A stretch of 44,234 nt of DNA from Escherichia phage vB_EcoS_CEB_EC3a. The stretch lies in the sequence record NC_047812.1; one strand, 5' to 3'. The translations under genes were made by a program, and so were the position numbers. The notes under the pieces were generated by a model. That model ran no database searches, was not told where the DNA came from, and worked only from the letters and a program-made list of their open reading frames with translations. Below, one piece after another: positions 25,564 to 33,593 of this stretch; positions within the stretch are counted from its first letter, which is position 1; each line of letters starts with the position of its first letter.

Positions 25564-25606
25564 ATAGTATCGAATCCTTGCGATCAGTGTTTAGCAATTA
25601 GTGCTA
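25564..25606 (-). promoter_or_regulatory. Dyad-promoter module (minus strand) driving lipoprotein and RBP
   Basis: Core 25592-25606, 22-nt spacer, TACTAT (plus-strand ATAGTA 25564-25569), leader TACCACATCGAAACGAAAC. Confidence 0.65.
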
Positions 25607-26251
25607 TTTCTTTTCGAGTAACATCTTGATGTCAATGCCGAGATTATTTTCAATCAATCCAGTCAGTGCATCCGTCTTTTCTTTAAGGGCAAAACACTGA
25701 GCTTCATACTTAAATCTTTCCTCCATCTCGTCAGAGCGACTAACCCAGCACTGGCGAGCCTCGCAAGCCAGCATGTCGAGTTTTTCATCGGTATTCTTAT
25801 CCATGAGTAAGATCTCATTTATTCTTTGCTCTGCAACAATGCGCTGACTAAGGTGTGCATTTTGCGCATTAGCCACACCAAGCATCATTCGCACTTCTTT
25901 TAACTCATCAATGCTTACCATCTGGCTGATTACTTCTTCTTGTTTTTTAACTAATTGCTCAAGCTCATGAAGTCGACGGATAACTTTGTGTCGAAGCACG
26001 ACGCTGTAGCCAGTGATTAGCGTTTCGGTGAGTTCCTTGTTGAGTAAAATCTCAGATGTATAGCCTCGATTGTCTGTAAGTAGTTGATAATCATAATGAC
26101 CCAAATCTGGGGCATCGTTATAATGTAACAATTCATTGATCATTTCCTTTGTGTCGCGAACGACGTGATCATGACGTTTCCCGGTTAACTCTGCGATTTC
26201 CTTTGTGCTCATCATGGTTTTTGGTTGTTCTTTGTACAATTCAATGTTCAT
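25604..26251 (-). CDS. Rha-family phage regulatory protein
   Basis: N-terminus MSTKEIAELTGKRHDHVVRDTKEMI matches the Rha signature. ATG 26251 is preferred because SD AAGAGAG lies 6 nt upstream. Stop TAG is in the next module. Confidence 0.7.
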   Translation of the reverse strand: MNIELYKEQPKTMMSTKEIAELTGKRHDHVVRDTKEMINELLHYNDAPDLGHYDYQLLTDNRGYTSEILLNKELTETLITGYSVVLRHKVIRRLHELEQLVKKQEEVISQMVSIDELKEVRMMLGVANAQNAHLSQRIVAEQRINEILLMDKNTDEKLDMLACEARQCWVSRSDEMEERFKYEAQCFALKEKTDALTGLIENNLGIDIKMLLEKK

Positions 26252-26322
26252 TTTCATCTCTCTTTGGTTTTGTGATACGAAATTTTCGTAGCACAAGCAG
26301 CACCATTGCCGCCATGCGCCTA

Positions 26323-26365
26323 AATATAACTAAAGATAGTCAGTTGTCTTTAGCAATTAGTGCTA
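26323..26365 (-). promoter_or_regulatory. Dyad-promoter module (minus strand) driving rha
   Basis: Core 26351-26365, 22-nt spacer, TATATT (plus-strand AATATA 26323-26328). Confidence 0.6.
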
Positions 26366-26379
26366 TTTATCGCCAATTT

Positions 26380-26770
26380 CACCATAAATCACGGTTACAC
26401 GTAACCGATGTAACTCTATGTATACAATATCATCCGCGGAAAATGATATACGCGCTGTTACGCCAATTTACGCATTGGTTACATTAAAATATCTATATAT
26501 ATCAACCTTTTACTCTTATTATTATTATTATATATATTACTGTGTATATCATGTAACTACTTCTATAGAGTGTTCCGGTTATAATTTTAATATCATGTGG
26601 ATTTATACAGTATTGCGTGGCAACTATACCAACGCACCCTCAGCCAGGAATGGTATACACGATATACACGACGGTTACATTGAGCTATAGCTGGGCTGAG
26701 GTGCCCAAAAACGTAACGAGAGCTAATACCTACACGGAATTACGAGGATTCACACGTAACTTTAAGTCAA
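26380..26770. repeat. Noncoding iteron/AT-rich module, copy B (paralog of 1-404)
   Basis: Colinear blocks with copy A: ACACGTAAC, (TA)n, (ATT)n, TCATGTAAC, TATAAT, the 22-mer ACATTGAGCTATAGCTGGGCTG (26677-26698), then ACGTAACGA and CACACGTAAC. ORFs 26418..26690 and 26149..26487 are low-complexity artefacts. Confidence 0.8.
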
Positions 26771-26772
26771 CG

Positions 26773-26816
26773 ATTGGCAAAACCAATTGGACTTGTTGCG
26801 ATGCCGAATATATAGT
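26773..26816 (+). promoter_or_regulatory. Variant dyad-promoter (ATTGGCAAAACCAAT-23 nt-TATAGT) for the recombination operon
   Basis: A different 5-N5-5 palindrome (26773-26787) occupies the position of the TAGCA dyad. TATAGT 26811-26816, leader TACCTCATCGAAAGC. Confidence 0.55.
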
Positions 26817-26853
26817 TACCTCATCGAAAGCAAGCAACCAGAGAGATATAGAA

Positions 26854-27048
26854 ATGACCTACTACATTATCAAAGAGAAAAACAATGCACTGTTCGGCGA
26901 CTGCTACTTTGGCGGGCCTGCTGGATACACCACAGATAAGAATGAGGCAGACCGATTCGATACCAAAGAAGAAGCCAGAGATGTTCTGACCGGGTACTTC
27001 ACTGAGGAAGATTTGAAGTCTGTTAAAGTGGTTAAGGTCAAGGGGTAA
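26854..27048 (+). CDS. Hypothetical protein (64 aa)
   Basis: ATG 26854 follows AGAGAGATATAGAA. The longer ORF 26617..27048 runs through the promoter and iterons. Confidence 0.65.
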   Translation: MTYYIIKEKNNALFGDCYFGGPAGYTTDKNEADRFDTKEEARDVLTGYFTEEDLKSVKVVKVKG

Positions 27049-27051
27049 GTT

Positions 27052-28017
27052 ATGAGCTTTACTGTTTACACACGAGAAGAACTATCAAACTCTGAGTACC
27101 ACTCTGAGACTGATCACATCTCCGGTAGCTCGCTTGTCGAGATTATCCATGGTTCGCCAGCTAAGTGGAAATTCAAACAGCGCAATAATGATAGTAAGGC
27201 TCTTAAATTTGGCACGCTGTCACATACTTACATCCTAGAAGGTGACATGTTTGATAAAGAATTCCTTCGAGCCACAGACCTTGACGCGATTGAAGGCTTA
27301 ATTACAAGCCAGACCGGATTATCGGCAGCGCTGAAAAAAGTTGGCGTTGCTGGCACGTCTGGGAAGGGCTATAGCGAACTTGTAGAGATGATGTATCGCT
27401 CCGGTGAGGATTGGCCTGTTAAGTGGCTAATTGAACAGCAGGAGAGTGCTCAGGCGCTTGTGGAGGGTAGGGAGCTAGTTAGCGCGGCAGACTATGACAA
27501 AGTGGTGGCGATGCGTGAGGTTCTTTGTAATATTCCAGCATATAATGCAATAGTGAACAGCGAGACAGCGCAGAAAGAGCTATCAATCTTTGGTGAGATT
27601 CTCGGCGTCGGCGTGAAGATTCGAATTGACCACGTTGATGTTGTTGATGGTGTGGTGTGTATTACCGATCTGAAAACGACAGCCAGCGCATCACCTCAGG
27701 AGTTTGGGAGACTTGCATTCAAGCATGGGTATCTTGCAAAAATGGCTCTACAGCACGATGTTTTTGTTATGGCTTTTAATGAAAAAAGAAAAACAAAAGT
27801 AAGGCTACTTGCAATCGAGAAAGAGGAGCCTTACCTACCAATGCTTTACAACATTACAGAAGAGCAACTGAAGGTTGGTCGCAGAATGTATTTAGAGGCG
27901 CTTGCCACTTACAAAAAGTGCAAAGAGAATGATGTGTGGCCCGGTTATGCAATGGGCGCAACAGAGATCGACCTAGATGTTCCTGAGTGGGATATGAGGA
28001 AGTATAAAGAAATTTAA
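27052..28017 (+). CDS. PD-(D/E)XK (RecE/RecB-like) recombination exonuclease
   Basis: 321 aa with IRIDHVD...ITDLKTT (D...D-x-K) nuclease core. Directly upstream of an ERF annealase. Confidence 0.7.
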   Translation: MSFTVYTREELSNSEYHSETDHISGSSLVEIIHGSPAKWKFKQRNNDSKALKFGTLSHTYILEGDMFDKEFLRATDLDAIEGLITSQTGLSAALKKVGVAGTSGKGYSELVEMMYRSGEDWPVKWLIEQQESAQALVEGRELVSAADYDKVVAMREVLCNIPAYNAIVNSETAQKELSIFGEILGVGVKIRIDHVDVVDGVVCITDLKTTASASPQEFGRLAFKHGYLAKMALQHDVFVMAFNEKRKTKVRLLAIEKEEPYLPMLYNITEEQLKVGRRMYLEALATYKKCKENDVWPGYAMGATEIDLDVPEWDMRKYKEI

Positions 28018-28018
28018 A

Positions 28019-28061
28019 TAGCACGAATCGCTAAAGACAAAATTAAAAGGTGGGGTATGAT
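28019..28061 (+). promoter_or_regulatory. Dyad-promoter module (TAGCACGAATCGCTA-22 nt-TATGAT)
   Basis: Core 28019-28033, TATGAT 28056-28061. Confidence 0.55.
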
Positions 28062-28090
28062 TACCCAATCAACAACGAACGAGGTTAAAG

Positions 28091-28741
28091 ATGCAAATTT
28101 CAGAATCATGCAAATCAATTTTAAACGCGCTACACACTGCCAAGTCGCTATTTGCGAAGGCTGAAAAGTCGAAGCAGAACTCGCACCTAAAGAACAGATA
28201 CAGTACTCTTGATGATGTTCTTGCTGCTGTGGAGCCTGGCCTTGAAGAATGTGGTCTTGTAATGTTTCAGAGCGTAATTGATAGCGAAGATACTGGACTA
28301 TTAAAGGTTGAGACAAAGTTATTCCATGCGGAGTCAGGTGAGTGGGTTAGCTTCTTAATGATTGTCCCAATCAGCAAGAATGACGCTCAAGGTTACGGAT
28401 CAGCATTAACATACGCTCGACGTTACGGAATCACAGCGGCATTAGGACTTAGCCAGGCAGATGATGATGGAAATCTTGCAGCGAAGGGTGTTAAGGACTT
28501 TAAGCGAGAACTTGAGAAGTGCAATACTCTTGATGAGCTTCGCAATGTCTGGAAAGATGCTAAGCAATCACTTGATGCGGCAGGATGGAAGGTCTTTGAA
28601 CCTCATATTATCGAGCGCAAAGCAGAGATAGAGGCTAATGCAGCAACTGGCTTCAACCCGGCAACACCAAAGAAAGTTGCAGAAAAAAGTAGTCCTGAAG
28701 AAAAGATTGAAGTAGAATCACAACAAATCGACACATTCTAA
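28091..28741 (+). CDS. erf: ERF-family single-strand annealing protein
   Basis: NRYSTLDDVLAAVEP...GYGSALTYARRYGITAALGL is characteristic of the ERF family. Confidence 0.75.
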   Translation: MQISESCKSILNALHTAKSLFAKAEKSKQNSHLKNRYSTLDDVLAAVEPGLEECGLVMFQSVIDSEDTGLLKVETKLFHAESGEWVSFLMIVPISKNDAQGYGSALTYARRYGITAALGLSQADDDGNLAAKGVKDFKRELEKCNTLDELRNVWKDAKQSLDAAGWKVFEPHIIERKAEIEANAATGFNPATPKKVAEKSSPEEKIEVESQQIDTF

Positions 28742-28785
28742 ATTTTACGGGGCTACGGCACCAAACCAACAGAGAGATATAAAAC

Positions 28786-29217
28786 ATGCACGTAATTACT
28801 GGTCAGATTCGACGCGCTCCATTCACTAAGGAAGGTCAGAATGCTAATGGTACCTGGAAAATGTTCGCGGTTGATTTGAGTGAGCGATACAAAGATAAAG
28901 ATGGTCAGACTCAGTATAATAACTATCGCGCCGTCTTTTTCGCTAAAGAGTCAATGCTAGATTGGTACAATGAGGCATTTCAAGAGGGTAAAGTTGTTAG
29001 CGTTAGCGCTGAAAGTTTATCTGTAGATGTTCGTGACAAAGATGGTAAAACATACGTAACCATTAATATGAATAATCCACGACTTGAGTTTAGCCAGCGT
29101 GGCGATGGTGGTGGTCAACAACGGCAACAGCAGCGTCATCAGCCACAACAACCACAGCAACAGCAACAGCAACAACCGAAGCAGCAACAGAACTTCGAAG
29201 ATGATATTCCTTTCTAA
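28786..29217 (+). CDS. ssb: Single-stranded DNA-binding protein
   Basis: OB-fold-sized N-terminal domain, Gln/Pro-rich linker, canonical acidic tip FEDDIPF at the C-terminus. Confidence 0.85.
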   Translation: MHVITGQIRRAPFTKEGQNANGTWKMFAVDLSERYKDKDGQTQYNNYRAVFFAKESMLDWYNEAFQEGKVVSVSAESLSVDVRDKDGKTYVTINMNNPRLEFSQRGDGGGQQRQQQRHQPQQPQQQQQQQPKQQQNFEDDIPF

Positions 29218-29222
29218 AGAAA

Positions 29223-29246
29223 AGGCCCCTTTCGGGGCCTTTTTTA
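29223..29246. terminator. Bidirectional intrinsic terminator
   Basis: AGGCCCC-tttc-GGGGCCT followed by T6, between convergent ssb and fibre genes. Confidence 0.8.
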
Positions 29247-32054
29247 TGAAGCTGTATTTACCTGAAGATATGCACCATTAGTTGCACCAAACCATGCGTA
29301 AGCAGATCCGTAAGTTGTTGGGTTATCATTTAAGATGAAGTCACCCGCTCTAATTACGCACTTTTCTCCATATTTATCAGTTGGCCTTGCACTAAAACCA
29401 TAATCAACATATCTAAAACCAACCTTCGTTACGTTCTTGTTAAGAGGAAAAATCCTTAAGAAGCTAGAAGCCCTAAAGTCATTATTCCTGAAAATTCCTC
29501 CTGTAAAGTTATCCATATCAAACATTGTGGTTAAACTTGAAGCAACAGTATTCATGAACTTGTTGCCTTCATATGTCGGAGCTACTACTTCATAGCCAAC
29601 TCTTAGCTGAACAAATCCTCCATCAAGAATATTGTCCTTAATTGTTGGGTACTGACCGCCGATTGATAACGCCCCAAAGCCAGGTGTAAATTTGCAACTA
29701 TTATTACTAAATATAGTACCAACCCAACCCTGATTTGTAATATATGGCGCTTTCGTGTCTGTCATGGTGTTTCCGGTGATAATCAATCCATTCTTAGCCT
29801 GGACTCCCTCCTGGTAGCCCTGAATCGCTACTCCACCACCAATCATAATGTTATCAGCGATAAGAATATTACTTAGACCTTCGTTAACACCCCAATCACT
29901 TTCTGAATCATTTGTTATCAGTAAGTAGTGAGAAGAAGCCCTGCCAGTAGCGTCTGTAGTTATGATGCTTGTATTCCCTTTGCATATAACATTGTTTGCC
30001 GCAAAAACCTCAACAAATATACCAGAGCCTTCGTAGTAGTTATCAGTAACCGTTATGTTATTGCCAGCAGGCGTTATACGTGACTGGATAGATATTGGAT
30101 AATAGAACTTGTTGGCGTGAGCATAAGACCTTTTGCTTTTTTCGGATATTGCATAATCCTCCGCGAAAGTGTGCCATGCCCTTCCTGACTGTTTTGTTGT
30201 GTTTCCGATAAACTCTGAGTAGTCACAGTTTCTTGTGAGTAAGCAGTAGTTAGCGTTGTATCTGAAGTTTGAATCTCTAAGAGATACGAATGCATTAGAC
30301 AAACCATTAAGAGCATCGGCATTAACAAAGGCCCTCGAGGCATTAACCTCCATACGCTCAATCAAAACTGATGCGCATCCTTCAACCATAAATCCAAACC
30401 AGTCTTCTCTTGGTTTATGCGTTGTATCTAATGGTTGGATTGAGTAATCTGAAAAGTCACTATTCCAGTTGAGGCCGCTAGCTTTAAGTGTGCAATTCTT
30501 TGCGCCGAAAACAACCCTCTCAGGTGATGAACTTCCAGATATATCGATCTCAACATCATTATTGGCAAAAATATCAACATTAAGGCCATTAATGAAGAAT
30601 GCCGTCTTCCTTAATACGTTGTACTTATCATTGTACTGAATATCAGTGGAGAATGAGACTTTCAGTCTTCCAGCGCTAATTCTTACCTTCCTGTTTGTAT
30701 TGTGACCAAGGTTTATACATGCCATAACCGAGGCGTTTGATTCATTAACTCCAGACACATCATGACCAGCCCATTCGGTATGGATATCATCAACACCTCC
30801 CGTAAACCTAACCCAGCAACCATTTTCACCTGGTGATGTCTCACCCGCTCCGCTAAGGAAGTCTGAAAGCGTGGAATATGTACCATCAAATGGAACCGTT
30901 GGGCTAAAAACAGTAATCCCGTTATGTTCGCTCTTACTTACTAATGGACTCCAGTAGAACAGACCGCCACCAGAGTTTGATCCAGAAATGTAAGACCTTA
31001 CATTTGCTAAATTTTTATTCTCATTTGTTTGTTTGATTAGTTCGTAAATTGAATCAACTGAAGATAGTCCTAAATTACTCCTGGCAAGGCTTTTATCCGC
31101 AACATCAGAGAAATTCAATGATTTTTGAAAAGTCTCATTTTTTGAGTAAACATCAAGTAAACCTCTTACTCGCTGGGCGTTAGCGCCTCCAGCTTCATTT
31201 CCGCCAGGCAAGTAGATTGACTCTCTAACATAGTAATTCCTAACACCACCGGAAGTATTGTAACTGATGTGATAACGTCTAAAGTTGCCATCGATACCGG
31301 TGTAGGTTGACACTTGAATATTTCTTGATCCAGTCCCAGTTGCTCCGCCCTCTACAGATATAACAAGCGTAGCATTGCTTGGTACTTTTAATGCTTCTGG
31401 TGCATTTGTGCAAGCAGAGAAAGCAACCCTATAATGACCGCCAACAACAAAATTAAAAGTTTGGAAATCAAGTTCACTTAAAATATTGCTACCATTACCG
31501 ATACCCCAACCAGAAAGTGTAACTAGTGTTCCAGCATCACCAGCACTATTAATTGCCTCAATAGTAGCATCTCTCGCTGATGTGGTTGTATCTCTTGCAC
31601 TAACGGCAGTAGCTGCGCTCTCTGCGGCAGCAATCTGGCTAGCTAAAGCATCCGCTGCTCCTTGCACTGACTGGCTTGCCAATTGCTCAAAGCGAGGCCA
31701 ATCAAAAGAATCCTGACCAATGAAATCAATCAGGCTCTGAATGCTAGTTTCCCTACTCTGATAATAACGAAGTGTCTCCGCTACATTTTGAGCTAAACCC
31801 TGAACACTAATACCATCATGTGCAAGGATTGCATAACCAGTGCCAGCGGGAACGGTTTCACCATTAGGGTTGTATACAGCCATTGATGTGTCGCTGGTGA
31901 TTTCAGAGATAGTGTAAATCTGTACTGGCTCCGTTTTAAACACTAAAGTAGCACCAACGCGAATAAGTGTTAGTGGCATGGTCCATTGAGTGCCAACTCC
32001 AGTAACCTGACCGTTCGCTGCTAAACTGGCAGTGCCAGTATCATAAATTGCCAT
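29244..32054 (-). CDS. Lateral tail fibre/tailspike with beta-helix (depolymerase-like) domain
   Basis: Start MAIYDTGTASLAANGQVTGVGTQW (ATG 32054, SD GGAG). Conserved fibre-anchor N-terminus, then Asn/Gly-rich repeats typical of right-handed beta-helix spikes. Confidence 0.75.
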   Translation of the reverse strand: MAIYDTGTASLAANGQVTGVGTQWTMPLTLIRVGATLVFKTEPVQIYTISEITSDTSMAVYNPNGETVPAGTGYAILAHDGISVQGLAQNVAETLRYYQSRETSIQSLIDFIGQDSFDWPRFEQLASQSVQGAADALASQIAAAESAATAVSARDTTTSARDATIEAINSAGDAGTLVTLSGWGIGNGSNILSELDFQTFNFVVGGHYRVAFSACTNAPEALKVPSNATLVISVEGGATGTGSRNIQVSTYTGIDGNFRRYHISYNTSGGVRNYYVRESIYLPGGNEAGGANAQRVRGLLDVYSKNETFQKSLNFSDVADKSLARSNLGLSSVDSIYELIKQTNENKNLANVRSYISGSNSGGGLFYWSPLVSKSEHNGITVFSPTVPFDGTYSTLSDFLSGAGETSPGENGCWVRFTGGVDDIHTEWAGHDVSGVNESNASVMACINLGHNTNRKVRISAGRLKVSFSTDIQYNDKYNVLRKTAFFINGLNVDIFANNDVEIDISGSSSPERVVFGAKNCTLKASGLNWNSDFSDYSIQPLDTTHKPREDWFGFMVEGCASVLIERMEVNASRAFVNADALNGLSNAFVSLRDSNFRYNANYCLLTRNCDYSEFIGNTTKQSGRAWHTFAEDYAISEKSKRSYAHANKFYYPISIQSRITPAGNNITVTDNYYEGSGIFVEVFAANNVICKGNTSIITTDATGRASSHYLLITNDSESDWGVNEGLSNILIADNIMIGGGVAIQGYQEGVQAKNGLIITGNTMTDTKAPYITNQGWVGTIFSNNSCKFTPGFGALSIGGQYPTIKDNILDGGFVQLRVGYEVVAPTYEGNKFMNTVASSLTTMFDMDNFTGGIFRNNDFRASSFLRIFPLNKNVTKVGFRYVDYGFSARPTDKYGEKCVIRAGDFILNDNPTTYGSAYAWFGATNGAYLQVNTAS

Positions 32055-32078
32055 TGTGTAAAGTCTCCATTTGTAAAG

Positions 32079-32108
32079 TAGCACTAATTGCTAAAGTGGA
32101 TTGTATCA
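32079..32108 (-). promoter_or_regulatory. Fibre-gene promoter (TGaTACAAT) with the TAGCA dyad placed at about +1 to +15
   Basis: On the minus strand: TGATACAAT (32100-32108), 6 nt, then TAGCAATTAGTGCTA (32079-32093). This is operator-over-start geometry, unlike the other copies. Confidence 0.5.
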
Positions 32109-32120
32109 TCTTTCATGTAT

Positions 32121-32143
32121 AAAAAAACCTCCCGAAGGAGGTT
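32121..32143 (-). terminator. Intrinsic terminator after primase
   Basis: Minus strand: AACCTCC-ttcg-GGAGGTT followed by T7. Confidence 0.8.
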
Positions 32144-33065
32144 AGTCTAGTAATTCGCTTGCTTTGTATATTCGCTTTCTTATGCCTGACTTGAAAAAAT
32201 TATCATCATTTGGCATTACCACATCAAGATTGCGATCGTCAGCAACAGCGAGTAAATCAAAATCGTGGCGAGTACAAGCGACGCGTAACTTGTAGTTTCT
32301 AAGCGCATAAGCAACCATTTCCATGTTGTAGCTGGAGTGGCAAACAAGCACACAGCGGTTGCCAGTAGCAATGTGAACGCGATAGCCGTCAATGAGATTA
32401 TCGACCAGATAAGCGTACTCATCATCTTTAAAGGCGCCAATAATAGAAACAGACTGGCGAGTATAATCTTTTGCAGCATAGCTAACATCTCCATCTTCAT
32501 TGATAAACATTACATTGCACATATCATCTGATATGCCGTCACTATAAGCCATAAAGCACGGTACTGCGTGTATTAGTTCGCCTGATTTAGTCCTGCCAAC
32601 ATCAAAACCAAATTCGCTATAGATACCCTCGTATATACTGAGCGGTGTTGATTCTACTCTTTCCGTCCTTTCCATTATCTCAAGGCATCTTTCGTGGTCA
32701 ATCTGCGCGCCCATTTTATAAAGCTTAGTTCTTGATGCTTGCTTGTTTGCCTTAACTATAACCTCAATTGGTGTTAAGTTCAGCCAGTCACCAAGCAAAT
32801 TCACTGAATCGGCGAAGGACGATCCAGTGCACTTCATGACCCATCCTATACCTGAGTCACTTCCGCATTTCGAACAAACTGCCGCGCCATTTCCTTTTTC
32901 ACTGCCTATTTCGTCGGTAAATCTGAATCTGTCAGTGCCAAGGCAGTATGGGCATGGTCCGTGCTTCTTACTTAGGTGTCTATCATTCCAACCAAGTTCC
33001 TTTGCATAAAATAATTTCCACAATCCGGCCATCTTAGGTATAACTTCATTCTTATCGTAATTCAT
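32142..33065 (-). CDS. DNA primase (Zn-ribbon + Toprim-like)
   Basis: CPYCLGTDRFRF...CSKCG zinc ribbon of the P4/T7-type primase N-terminus. The acidic Toprim-like segment is C-terminal. Confidence 0.7.
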   Translation of the reverse strand: MNYDKNEVIPKMAGLWKLFYAKELGWNDRHLSKKHGPCPYCLGTDRFRFTDEIGSEKGNGAAVCSKCGSDSGIGWVMKCTGSSFADSVNLLGDWLNLTPIEVIVKANKQASRTKLYKMGAQIDHERCLEIMERTERVESTPLSIYEGIYSEFGFDVGRTKSGELIHAVPCFMAYSDGISDDMCNVMFINEDGDVSYAAKDYTRQSVSIIGAFKDDEYAYLVDNLIDGYRVHIATGNRCVLVCHSSYNMEMVAYALRNYKLRVACTRHDFDLLAVADDRNLDVVMPNDDNFFKSGIRKRIYKASELLD

Positions 33066-33541
33066 TTGCTTAACCCGTGATTTTCGTGAAAGTTGTATTT
33101 TCTCTCTGCTTCAATTCTTACTTTATACGCCTGCTCTGGAGTATCGAAGTTCCCAAGGTGTAGCTGCTTACCGTCAACCTTGATGTGAGCCTTAAATTTT
33201 CCGTGATTTAGCTTTGCCACTCCACAATAACCAGTTGTTGATAAAACGCTAAGCTTGCAATTTCTTGAGTTACCTTGATTTGTTGTTACTCTTAGGTTTT
33301 CTATTCTGTTATCTAATTTGTTATGGTTTATATGATCAATGTAGTCGCCATTTTTAAGTTCTCCATTAAACATCTCCCACACAACTCTATGTACATAAGT
33401 CCTAAAGCCATTAACAGACACTTTGTAATAGCCAGATGTAGATAGTGAGTTGCACTCATCGCCAACCTTAACACGTCTTGCAGTGCTAATCTTCCAATGC
33501 AATTTGCCATCTACATAGTAAAAATAATCATGCCAGTTCAT
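33062..33541 (-). CDS. HNH homing endonuclease with AP2 DNA-binding domain
   Basis: YIDHINHNKLDNRIENLRVTTNQGNSRN (HNH) and GKFKAHIKVDGKQLHLGNFDTPEQA (AP2). AT-rich. ATGA overlap with the primase start. Confidence 0.85.
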   Translation of the reverse strand: MNWHDYFYYVDGKLHWKISTARRVKVGDECNSLSTSGYYKVSVNGFRTYVHRVVWEMFNGELKNGDYIDHINHNKLDNRIENLRVTTNQGNSRNCKLSVLSTTGYCGVAKLNHGKFKAHIKVDGKQLHLGNFDTPEQAYKVRIEAERKYNFHENHGLSK

Positions 33542-33554
33542 TTTCTTCTCTCCA

Positions 33555-33587
33555 ATAAAAAAAGGATGTACCGATTATGGCACATCC
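33555..33587 (-). terminator. Intrinsic terminator
   Basis: Minus strand: GGATGTGCC-ataatc-GGTACATCC followed by T9. Confidence 0.7.
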
Positions 33588-33593
33588 AATTAT

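Noticed and set aside
26149-26690. ORFs 26149..26487(+), 26418..26690(+) and the 5-prime 79 codons of 26617..27048
   Set aside because: The first is antisense to rha and its promoter. The others run through the AT-rich repeat (YSYYYYYIYY). A properly signalled ATG exists at 26854 downstream of the promoter.
29084-29217. Gln/Pro-rich low-complexity run in SSB (QQRQQQRHQPQQPQQQQQQQPKQQQ) and overlapping ORF 29084..29281
   Set aside because: This is the usual disordered linker between the OB fold and the acidic DDIPF tip. The overlapping ORF is a frame-shifted shadow.
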